Origin: an uncultured Clostridium sp.
Lineage (GTDB): Bacteria; Bacillota; Clostridia; TANB77; CAG-508
DNA: 40,139 nt
Assembly: GCA_946497585.1 (NCBI GenBank)
Contig: CAMMLF010000002.1
Location: 1 to 40,139 of the forward strand
Direction: 5' to 3'
In this document: positions 29,121 to 35,339 of the stretch, in pieces
Layout: each line of letters opens with the position of its first letter
How positions within the stretch are numbered: position 1 is the first letter of the stretch
Position numbers and translations under genes: made by a program
The notes under the pieces: model-generated
The model's database searches: none
Seen by the model: the letters and a program-made list of their open reading frames with translations, nothing else
What the model was told of the DNA's origin: nothing

Positions 29121-29195
29121 ATTATGTAAACTTGAAAGTAAACATTTTATGTTAACTCGCGCCCGCACTTTGTGCGTGCTCGTGGTTTACATAAT
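29121..29195 (+). repeat. Intergenic element copy 4
   Basis: ATTATGTAAAC (29121-29131) ... GC-rich GCGCCCGCACTTTGTGCGTGC ... GTTTACATAAT (29185-29195). Confidence 0.85.
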
Positions 29196-29214
29196 AACTT
29201 TCTATAATTTCATT

Positions 29215-29242
29215 TTGTAACAAAAATGTAATAAAAATGTAA
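29215..29242 (+). repeat. Phased TGTAA repeats upstream of promoter A6
   Basis: TGTAAC, TGTAAT and TGTAAA at 10-bp spacing. Includes an exact copy of the 22-mer at 27272-27293. Confidence 0.7.
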
Positions 29243-29261
29243 AGAAAATTTAAAAAAAGTA

Positions 29262-29290
29262 TTGACAAACCCTTTTATAAATGTTATAAT
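29262..29290 (+). promoter_or_regulatory. Class-A promoter A6
   Basis: TTGACA 29262-29267, 17 bp, TGtTATAAT ending at 29290. Confidence 0.8.
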
Positions 29291-29313
29291 ATAAGTATAG
29301 AAAGGAGGAACAA

Positions 29314-29928
29314 ATGAAAAAGTTAGTAGTAATCAATTTGATTTTAATTTTAATCTATTGTATATTACCAAATGAGATACAAAAGAATATCAACGAAACG
29401 GTAGAAAATACAGTTAAAGAAATACAACAAGAAATAATATCAGAAGAACAACCAACAGAAGAACAAAAACAAGTAAGTAATTTGAATATTAGTTTTGATA
29501 TGAATTTGTTGACAAAAAGTAATATAACAATAGAAGAATTACAAAAAGGTTTTGCAAATACTAATATGCAAGGTTTAGAACAATATTTTATCAATGCAGA
29601 AAATGAAACTGGAATAAATGCAATATATCTTGCAGGACTTGCAACTCACGAAAGTGGTTGGAATACAAGTGATTTTGCAAGAGAAAGAAATAACTTGTTT
29701 GGTTGGCAAAGTTACGATAGTAACCTAAATGCGACTAAAAGATTTGCAAGTAAAGAAGAAAGTATAATGACAGTTGCAAGAGCATTGAAAAAAATGTACT
29801 TAAGCGAAAACGGTTGTTATTTTAACGGTTATACAATTTCTGGTATCTCAAAAAGATATGCAAGTGATAAACAACACAACCAAAAAGTTTTCAGAAATAT
29901 GCAAAAAATTGTTGACAAAATAAAATAA
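29314..29928 (+). CDS. GH73-type N-acetylglucosaminidase (peptidoglycan hydrolase) with an N-terminal signal/anchor helix
   Basis: GINAIYLAGLATHESGWNTSDFARERNNLFGW matches the glucosaminidase (GH73) catalytic region. N-terminus is MKKLVVINLILILIYCIL. AAAGGAGG SD. Confidence 0.8.
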   Translation: MKKLVVINLILILIYCILPNEIQKNINETVENTVKEIQQEIISEEQPTEEQKQVSNLNISFDMNLLTKSNITIEELQKGFANTNMQGLEQYFINAENETGINAIYLAGLATHESGWNTSDFARERNNLFGWQSYDSNLNATKRFASKEESIMTVARALKKMYLSENGCYFNGYTISGISKRYASDKQHNQKVFRNMQKIVDKIK

Positions 29929-29940
29929 ATATGTTATAAT
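29912..29940 (+). promoter_or_regulatory. Class-A promoter A7, embedded in the 3' end of the GH73 gene
   Basis: TTGACA 29912-29917, 17 bp, TATAAT 29935-29940. Confidence 0.75.
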
Positions 29941-29975
29941 ATAATTGAAATTAAAAAAGAAAGGATTTGATAGTT

Positions 29976-30218
29976 ATGAGTAGAAAAGAAAAAAGAGAAA
30001 TGGAGAAAACAAGAAAGGAAAGAGAACCAAAAGGAACTTTTCAAAAGTTCGTAAAATTAGTAAAATTAGTTTTATTTATTACAATGTTAGTATTTACATT
30101 TTTAGTAAGTGATAAAATTGCAAATTTTATAATCAATTTAGGAATTGAAAGACTAACAAGAATAGTAAATATGATACTAATTACAGTTGTAACAGGAATT
30201 TACTTTTATAAAAAATAG
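29976..30218 (+). CDS. Small two-helix membrane protein (80 aa; holin-like by size and topology)
   Basis: ATG 29976 with a GAAAGGA SD. A basic N-terminus is followed by LVLFITMLVFTFLV and IVNMILITVVTGIYF. Confidence 0.55.
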   Translation: MSRKEKREMEKTRKEREPKGTFQKFVKLVKLVLFITMLVFTFLVSDKIANFIINLGIERLTRIVNMILITVVTGIYFYKK

Positions 30219-30240
30219 GCGAAAGCCTATTTTTTTATTT
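30215..30240 (+). terminator. Rho-independent terminator
   Basis: ATAGGC-GAAA-GCCTAT followed by TTTTTTT; an A-run upstream makes bidirectional function possible. Confidence 0.8.
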
Positions 30241-30253
30241 TTGTTAGTGTAAA

Positions 30254-30323
30254 GTTATTATGTAAACTTGGCACGCGCGGGCGCCGAACCGAACAAATGT
30301 TTGCGCTTGGTTTACATAATAAC
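30254..30323 (+). repeat. Intergenic element copy 5
   Basis: 14-bp perfect IR: GTTATTATGTAAAC (30254-30267) / GTTTACATAATAAC (30310-30323). It flanks GGCACGCGCGGGCGCC and CGAACAAATGTTTG (30290-30303). Confidence 0.9.
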
Positions 30324-30357
30324 TTACAAATAAATTTAAAAAATTTTGAATATTTAC

Positions 30358-30386
30358 TTGACTTTTGTTTATAATAATGTTATAAT
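30358..30386 (+). promoter_or_regulatory. Class-A promoter A8
   Basis: TTGACT 30358-30363, 17 bp, TATAAT 30381-30386. Confidence 0.75.
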
Positions 30387-30415
30387 AAGAATGTAAAGAG
30401 AAAGGGGAGATAAAA

Positions 30416-30490
30416 ATGTATTTAACAAATAAAGATATAAAAGAAATTGAAGAATTTTTTAAAAAAGACTTGACAAATAAAAATAAATAA
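30416..30490 (+). CDS. Possible 24-aa micro-ORF (MYLTNKDIKEIEEFFKKDLTNKNK)
   Basis: Has its own promoter and an AAAGGGGAG SD 6 nt upstream of the ATG. The next promoter's -35 lies inside its 3' end. May be a gene remnant. Confidence 0.3.
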   Translation: MYLTNKDIKEIEEFFKKDLTNKNK

Positions 30491-30498
30491 TATATAAT
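30470..30498 (+). promoter_or_regulatory. Class-A promoter A9
   Basis: TTGACA 30470-30475, 17 bp, TATAAT 30493-30498. Confidence 0.75.
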
Positions 30499-30527
30499 AT
30501 AGTTACAGAAAGGGAAAGGTGATAATT

Positions 30528-31001
30528 ATGAAAAGAATTTTTATTGATATGGACGGAACAATAGCAAAGTTTAATGTACCAAATGCTTTAAGAAGATTTG
30601 CAACAGAAAAAGGATTTTTTAGAAGACTTGGAGCATATAAAGGAATAGAACATATAAACGAATTAGCAAAAAATAAAGAACAAATTTATATTTTATCAGC
30701 AAGTCCAAATATGTATGCAGATTTAGACAAAAAAAATTGGTTAAGAAGATATTTACCAAATTTACAAGAAAGTCAAATAATAATTTGTAGAAATGGAGAA
30801 AATAAAGCAAAAGTAATTGAAAGAAAATTTAATACAAAAATTACAAAAGATTTTTTCTTGCTAGATGATTATACAAAAAATTTAACAGATTGGGAAAATG
30901 CAGGTGGTACAGGAATAAAAAGAATTACAACAGTTTCAGACAATTCAACAGGAAAATGGAAAGGTTTAATCTTAAAACAATTAGAAGAATTGTATATATA
31001 A
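30528..31001 (+). CDS. HAD-superfamily 5'(3')-deoxyribonucleotidase-like phosphatase
   Basis: Motif I FIDMDGTIA (DxDxT), ILSAS, and FLLDDY (motif IV). The size fits NT5C/T5-Dmp-like enzymes. ATG 30528 with a GGGAAAGG SD. Confidence 0.7.
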   Translation: MKRIFIDMDGTIAKFNVPNALRRFATEKGFFRRLGAYKGIEHINELAKNKEQIYILSASPNMYADLDKKNWLRRYLPNLQESQIIICRNGENKAKVIERKFNTKITKDFFLLDDYTKNLTDWENAGGTGIKRITTVSDNSTGKWKGLILKQLEELYI

Positions 31002-31019
31002 TACAGTTCTTTTTCTTTA
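30987..31019 (+). terminator. Probable terminator (A/T-rich stem)
   Basis: GAATTGTAT / ATACAGTTC with one G-U pair, then TTTTTCTTT; overlaps the stop codon. Confidence 0.55.
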
Positions 31020-31069
31020 TGTAAACCGATAATTATGTAAACTGCGCGTGCGTGGTTGGTTAACATAAT
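31017..31069 (+). repeat. Intergenic element copy 6
   Basis: TTATGTAAAC twice (31017-31026 and 31033-31042), then GCGCGTGCGTGG, then the variant GTTAACATAAT (31059-31069). Confidence 0.85.
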
Positions 31070-31116
31070 CTGTTGCAATAAAATAAAAATTTTTTTTTAA
31101 AAAAATGTATATTTTA

Positions 31117-31146
31117 CTTGACAAATACATATAATAGTAGTATAAT
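31117..31146 (+). promoter_or_regulatory. Class-A promoter A10
   Basis: TTGACA 31117-31122, 18 bp, TATAAT 31141-31146. Confidence 0.75.
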
Positions 31147-31174
31147 AAGTATATAAAGAAAGGGAGGAATTAAA

Positions 31175-31483
31175 ATGGTTTTAAAAACAATAAAAATGAT
31201 AATTAAAATGGAAAATATAGAAAAAGGTTTTAAATTTAAAATGATAAGTTTAGGAATTTTAGAACAAATTGTAAATAGTTATAAAACAATATTAAAATTA
31301 CCTTTTTACTTGATAGGTTTACCATTTTGTTTTATTGGTTGGTTATCTGAACAAATCGCCGACTTATGCAGTTTAGTAATGGGAGTAATTCACGAGATAC
31401 CATATATAAAATTATGTAAAAAGGAAGATAAGGAAAGACTAATAAAAGCAATTAAGGAAAGAAATACTTATAAAGTTTCATAG
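31175..31483 (+). CDS. Small membrane protein (102 aa)
   Basis: GGGAGG SD; hydrophobic core LPFYLIGLPFCFIGWL. Confidence 0.6.
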   Translation: MVLKTIKMIIKMENIEKGFKFKMISLGILEQIVNSYKTILKLPFYLIGLPFCFIGWLSEQIADLCSLVMGVIHEIPYIKLCKKEDKERLIKAIKERNTYKVS

Positions 31484-31500
31484 AAGAAAGGGTGTTGAAA

Positions 31501-31656
31501 ATGTTGACAATTATTTTATCAATTATTGTTTATCGTTCTAATTTAAAAGAATTAGGAAAAGAACAATGTGGGAGTTATTTTGATTATTTTATGGGTTGGT
31601 TATGGGTTATGGTTTTTGAAATTGGTATGATTTTATTGTTTATTTTAGAAGGATAA
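31501..31656 (+). CDS. Small two-helix membrane protein (51 aa; below the ORF-track cutoff)
   Basis: ATG 31501 follows GAAAGGGTG. Translation: MLTIILSIIVYRSNLKELGKEQCGSYFDYFMGWLWVMVFEIGMILLFILEG. Confidence 0.5.
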   Translation: MLTIILSIIVYRSNLKELGKEQCGSYFDYFMGWLWVMVFEIGMILLFILEG

Positions 31657-31683
31657 AAAAATTAAAAAATTTTTAAAAAAGTA

Positions 31684-31712
31684 TTGACAAATAAGAATAA
31701 ATAGTGTATAAT
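31684..31712 (+). promoter_or_regulatory. Class-A promoter A11
   Basis: TTGACA 31684-31689, 17 bp, TATAAT 31707-31712. Confidence 0.8.
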
Positions 31713-31746
31713 AAGTACATAATAAAGAAGAAGGGAATTGATAGAA

Positions 31747-32448
31747 ATGAAAATTGATTTAAGAAAAAAATATTTTATGGTTTTAGATGTTGAAACAACA
31801 AATAATCAAATAGGAGTTAAAAATGCACCAAACGATGGTTTGGTATATGATTTAGGTTTTGGAATTTATGATAAACAAGGCAACGAATATCTTGCAGAAA
31901 GTTTAGTAATAAAGGAAATTTTCTACGATAAAGAACTTATGAATACGGCATATTATAGAAGAAAATTACCAAAATATTATGAAGAAATAAAACAAGGTAA
32001 AAGAAAAGTTGTAACATTATTACAAGCAAGAAAAATGATAAAACAAGCCGTTGAACAATTTAAGGTTGAAGAAGTTTATGCTTACAATGCAAATTTTGAT
32101 TATACAACATTAAACAATACAACAAGACTTATAACAAGTTCTTATGTTCGTTGGTTTTTACCTTATGGTACAAAGGTTTGTGATATATGGCATATTGCTT
32201 GTCAAGTATTAGGAACACAAAAAACTTTTCAATGGGAAAATGTTAGAAATGAAAACGGTAATTTAATAACAAACGCCGAAAGAATGTTTTCTTATATGTT
32301 ACAAGAAGAATTTTCAGAAGAACATACAGGACTTGAAGATACTAGAATTGAGGCACAAATACTTGTTCGTTGTTTTAAATCTCATAAGAAAATAAACAAA
32401 AATATAAATCGTAGTTGTTGGAGAATACCACAAAAGGTTGTTGCTTAA
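31747..32448 (+). CDS. DEDDh (DnaQ-like) 3'-5' exonuclease
   Basis: Exo I MVLDVETT, Exo II YAYNANFDYTTL, Exo III HTGLEDTRIEAQI (H-x4-D). ATG 31747 with an AGAAGGGA SD. Confidence 0.75.
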   Translation: MKIDLRKKYFMVLDVETTNNQIGVKNAPNDGLVYDLGFGIYDKQGNEYLAESLVIKEIFYDKELMNTAYYRRKLPKYYEEIKQGKRKVVTLLQARKMIKQAVEQFKVEEVYAYNANFDYTTLNNTTRLITSSYVRWFLPYGTKVCDIWHIACQVLGTQKTFQWENVRNENGNLITNAERMFSYMLQEEFSEEHTGLEDTRIEAQILVRCFKSHKKINKNINRSCWRIPQKVVA

Positions 32449-32464
32449 CAACCTTTTAATTTTT
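32432..32464 (+). terminator. Rho-independent terminator
   Basis: 11-bp stem AAAAGGTTGTT / AACAACCTTTT with loop GCTT, then AATTTTT; overlaps the stop codon. Confidence 0.85.
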
Positions 32465-32545
32465 ACGTAAACCGAACAAATGTTTGGCAAGTGCGTGCCC
32501 GCAATCGAACATTTGTTTGTGTGCGGGCGAACAAGTTTACATAAT
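32463..32545 (+). repeat. Intergenic element copy 7
   Basis: Variant TTACGTAAAC (32463-32472). CGAACAAATGTTTG (32473-32486). GCCCGCA / TGCGGGC stem around CGAACATTTGTTTG (32506-32519). GTTTACATAAT (32535-32545). Confidence 0.85.
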
Positions 32546-32582
32546 ATGTTGCAAATAAATTTAAAAAATTTGAATAAATCTA

Positions 32583-32611
32583 TTGACTTTTGCAAATAAT
32601 AATAGTATAAT
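32583..32611 (+). promoter_or_regulatory. Class-A promoter A12
   Basis: TTGACT 32583-32588, 17 bp, TATAAT 32606-32611. Confidence 0.75.
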
Positions 32612-32639
32612 ATAAGTAAAGAAAGGGAAGTGATAGAAA

Positions 32640-33191
32640 ATGAAAACAAAAAGATATTTTAAATTGATATTAAAACCTTATAGGGTAATTTTAAAACATT
32701 TTGATAAAGATATTCGTATTTCAATAGGTAAAACTTTTTGTTGTTTTCCACAATTGGAAGAAAAAGAAATAGAAATACCAATTTTTGAAAATAAACTAGG
32801 AAGAAAAGCATTTTATAACAAAATGAATAGAAAACTAAAAGAATATAATATAAACGGCGAATTTAGTAGTGAGATTTTAAGTTTTTTACACGAATTAGGT
32901 CATATTTATACTTATAAGAGAATAAACGAAATAAAATATAATATAGGTACAATGATTATACAAGGTATTCAAGCGAAATTATGCAGTCCAAAACTTTTAG
33001 ATTTCTTTTATAATTGGTATTTTAATTTAAAACTAGAAAAACTTGCAGATAAATGGGCAATGAATTTTATAAAAGAAAATCAAGAACTTGTAGAAAATTG
33101 GCAAATAATGTTACAAGAAAATTATAATAAAGTAATACCAAAATTCGTTGAACATATGAAAGTCAAATACAAACAAGATTTACTTGCATAG
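32640..33191 (+). CDS. Putative zinc metallopeptidase (HExxH)
   Basis: LSFLHELGHIYTY contains HELGH; no other motif recognised. GAAAGGGAAG SD. Confidence 0.55.
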   Translation: MKTKRYFKLILKPYRVILKHFDKDIRISIGKTFCCFPQLEEKEIEIPIFENKLGRKAFYNKMNRKLKEYNINGEFSSEILSFLHELGHIYTYKRINEIKYNIGTMIIQGIQAKLCSPKLLDFFYNWYFNLKLEKLADKWAMNFIKENQELVENWQIMLQENYNKVIPKFVEHMKVKYKQDLLA

Positions 33192-33204
33192 TAAATCTTT
33201 TTTA
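33175..33204 (+). terminator. Rho-independent terminator
   Basis: AAGATTTAC / GTAAATCTT with a 7-nt loop, then TTTT; overlaps the stop codon. Confidence 0.7.
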
Positions 33205-33216
33205 ATAAGTTAAAAT

Positions 33217-33254
33217 CGAACAAATGTTTTTGTGCGTGCGCCAGTTTACATAAT
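33217..33254 (+). repeat. Intergenic element copy 8 (right half only)
   Basis: CGAACAAATGTTTT (33217-33230), GTGCGTGCGCC, GTTTACATAAT (33244-33254). Confidence 0.8.
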
Positions 33255-33301
33255 CACTTACGATAATTTAAAAAATTTTTTAAAAATTTTTGTATAATCT
33301 A

Positions 33302-33330
33302 TTGACAAATGGATATAATAATAGTATAAT
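33302..33330 (+). promoter_or_regulatory. Class-A promoter A13 (orphan: SD-like GAAAGGGAA but no start codon before the next promoter)
   Basis: TTGACA 33302-33307, 17 bp, TATAAT 33325-33330. Confidence 0.7.
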
Positions 33331-33390
33331 AAAGATACAGAAAGGGAACAGACAAAAACAAAAAAAATAAAAAATAATTTTAAAAAACTA

Positions 33391-33419
33391 TTGACAAAAC
33401 TCTAAAACTATGTTATAAT
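33391..33419 (+). promoter_or_regulatory. Class-A promoter A14
   Basis: TTGACA 33391-33396, 17 bp, TGtTATAAT ending at 33419. Confidence 0.8.
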
Positions 33420-33452
33420 AACTTTAGAGTTAAGGAAAGGAAGGAATTGAAA

Positions 33453-33641
33453 ATGGATAAAAAAGAAATGATTAACAAATTAAATAAAATAATGAACGAA
33501 GTTGAGGAGTTACAATTAGAATTGTGTACAATGTTAGTAAAAGATAGTGAAAATCAAGAATTGAATTTTGCAGATAATACACTTGAAAATGCTTTCAATA
33601 ATTTAGTAGACACAGAATACCACTTGAAAAAAAGTTTATAA
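33453..33641 (+). CDS. Small acidic helical protein (62 aa)
   Basis: ATG 33453 with an AAGGAAGGA SD. Confidence 0.55.
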   Translation: MDKKEMINKLNKIMNEVEELQLELCTMLVKDSENQELNFADNTLENAFNNLVDTEYHLKKSL

Positions 33642-33658
33642 AACTTTAAAAAAAACTA

Positions 33659-33687
33659 TTGACAAACAAAAGAAAAAATGATATAAT
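33659..33687 (+). promoter_or_regulatory. Class-A promoter A15
   Basis: TTGACA 33659-33664, 17 bp, TATAAT 33682-33687. It is followed by a leader of about 90 nt with a GTAGG...CCTAC hairpin. Confidence 0.8.
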
Positions 33688-33780
33688 ATAAGTACAGTAA
33701 GGGTAGGGTAAAAAGTTCACTGGTAACCTACGGAAGGAACTCATAAGAAAAATAAATTTAAGGAAGGTTTGGTGATTAGT

Positions 33781-34143
33781 ATGGCAAAATTAACAATAGC
33801 AAAAATCAATGAAATGGCAAGAGAGGTTGCAATGAAGGAAATTGCAGATAACGGCTTAACAAACTTTTTACAAGTAGAAGGTACAAAATTCGCAAAAGAC
33901 TTTACTTTTGAAACACCTGACGGACAAAAAACAAAAACAGTAAGAATTGATATTGTAGTACCAAAATTAGAAGAAGGCGAAAATGCTCAAGTTTTAGCCG
34001 AAGATTACAACTTCAAAATGGAAGAAAAAGCACAAAAAGAAAAAGAGAGAGCAGAGGCAAAGGCTAAAAAAATTGCAAGAGATAAAAAACGCAGAGAAGA
34101 AAATAAAAGAAATATTGTAAAAACAACAGTTGTTGAAGGGTAG
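33781..34143 (+). CDS. Paralog family member 2 (120 aa)
   Basis: ATG 33781. KLTIAKINE, VRIDIVVPK and KKIARDKKRRE blocks align with member 1. Confidence 0.7.
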   Translation: MAKLTIAKINEMAREVAMKEIADNGLTNFLQVEGTKFAKDFTFETPDGQKTKTVRIDIVVPKLEEGENAQVLAEDYNFKMEEKAQKEKERAEAKAKKIARDKKRREENKRNIVKTTVVEG

Positions 34144-34194
34144 TAAATACCCTTCAAGGGCTTGAAATTTAAATAAGAAGGGAATTGATTTATT

Positions 34195-34578
34195 ATGGAT
34201 AAAATGATTTTAACTCAAAGAAATGGTTGTATATGTGATTTAAAAGAAGGACTAAAAGTTCCAAAAAAAGATTGCTTTTATGTAAGTTTAATTCATCAAA
34301 TGGGCGAAAAACTTATAAAAATAGGAATAACAAATAATTTAGCAAGAAGATTTTATGAGCATTTACACAATCCAACTTATGGAAACACAGATATGACAAT
34401 ATTACTTGTAATACCTTGTGCTAGTGAATATGCAGCGAAAAGATTGGAGGATAAAGTAAGAGATTACTTAATCAAATTGGGTTATTATCATTTACCAAAA
34501 GATAGATTTTATATTCCAGATAATGTTCACGAAATTGCAATAAAACACGTTAGAAAAACTTATGTGATAGAATTATAA
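34195..34578 (+). CDS. GIY-YIG / T5orf172-like domain protein (127 aa)
   Basis: FYVSLIHQMGEKLIKIGITNNLARRFYEH resembles the GIY...YIG...R...H core. AGAAGGGA SD. Appears co-transcribed with member 2. Confidence 0.5.
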   Translation: MDKMILTQRNGCICDLKEGLKVPKKDCFYVSLIHQMGEKLIKIGITNNLARRFYEHLHNPTYGNTDMTILLVIPCASEYAAKRLEDKVRDYLIKLGYYHLPKDRFYIPDNVHEIAIKHVRKTYVIEL

Positions 34579-34604
34579 AGAGAACAAATGTTCTCTTTCT
34601 TTGT
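34579..34604 (+). terminator. Rho-independent terminator (also a GAAC-N4-GTTC palindrome)
   Basis: AGAGAAC-AAAT-GTTCTCT, then TTCTTTG. Confidence 0.8.
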
Positions 34605-34617
34605 TGTCCAAAATAAT

Positions 34618-34695
34618 ATTATGTAAAGTTTACATAATTCGGCCCGCGCACAAATGCGCGTGCGGGCACCGGTTTACATAATACCTTTACATAAT
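34618..34695 (+). repeat. Intergenic element copy 9
   Basis: 21-bp palindrome ATTATGTAAAGTTTACATAAT (34618-34638). GC hairpin GCCCGCGCACAAATGCGCGTGCGGGC. GTTTACATAAT (34672-34682). CTTTACATAAT (34685-34695). Confidence 0.85.
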
Positions 34696-34775
34696 AACTT
34701 TACCGTCTCACTACCCTACTTCCGGCTTGCTCGCCGCCGACTCTGTCAAATTTCTTATAGTTTGCGGCCGACCCT

Positions 34776-34899
34776 CAGCAGCTGGACCTAGAACAGCTGG
34801 ATAGCTGGCAGCTGGACCGTACAGCTAGGATTTGTCAGCAGCTGGGTTGTCAGCAGCTGGAACAGCTGGGTTTCAAAAAGCTGGAATTTGCAAACAGCT
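34776..34899 (+). repeat. CAGCTGG iteron-like array
   Basis: Eight AGCTGG and two AGCTA(G/C) copies within about 125 bp, including the tandem 15-mers TGTCAGCAGCTGGGT (34833-34847) and TGTCAGCAGCTGGAA (34848-34862). Lies directly upstream of promoter B1. Confidence 0.85.
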
Positions 34900-34916
34900 A
34901 CAAATTATGCTATAAT
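34888..34916 (+). promoter_or_regulatory. Class-B promoter B1
   Basis: TTGCAA 34888-34893, 17 bp, TATAAT 34911-34916, then the conserved TATTATAGAAA box. Confidence 0.65.
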
Positions 34917-34952
34917 TATTATAGAAATAAAAAAAGAAGGGAGAAATAAAAG

Positions 34953-35294
34953 ATGACAGATTATGCTATATCAATTTGTAATAGAGTAATAATTTGGAAT
35001 GATGATAATCACGAGAGTGAGGTATATTTTAATGGTGAAAAAGCTGGATATTTGGGAGACGAATTAAATTGTATAACAACAGTAGCTGAACGAGCTGCGG
35101 CAGCTGGGCCAAAGCCAACTATTTGTAAGAGAGTTTATATATTTGACTTGTGTGAAGTGATGGACGATGAAGAAGAAAATAAAGAAGATTTTGAAAAATT
35201 AGTAGAGTTCTTTCAAACAACTACAAGATTCACACCAGAACAAGAACAAGCCATATTTAATGAAGACTACAATAAATTATTAGAACTTATATAA
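34953..35294 (+). CDS. Acidic hypothetical protein (113 aa)
   Basis: GAAGGGAG SD; D/E-rich C-terminal half. The coding sequence itself holds three more AGCTG motifs (about 35085-35107). Confidence 0.6.
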   Translation: MTDYAISICNRVIIWNDDNHESEVYFNGEKAGYLGDELNCITTVAERAAAAGPKPTICKRVYIFDLCEVMDDEEENKEDFEKLVEFFQTTTRFTPEQEQAIFNEDYNKLLELI

Positions 35295-35302
35295 TTCAAA
35301 AT

Positions 35303-35331
35303 TTGATTTTTACTAAAAATTATAGTATAAT
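35303..35331 (+). promoter_or_regulatory. Class-B promoter B2 (tRNA operon 1)
   Basis: TTGATT 35303-35308, 17 bp, TATAAT 35326-35331, then ATAATTATAGAAAAAA. Confidence 0.7.
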
Positions 35332-35339
35332 ATAATTAT

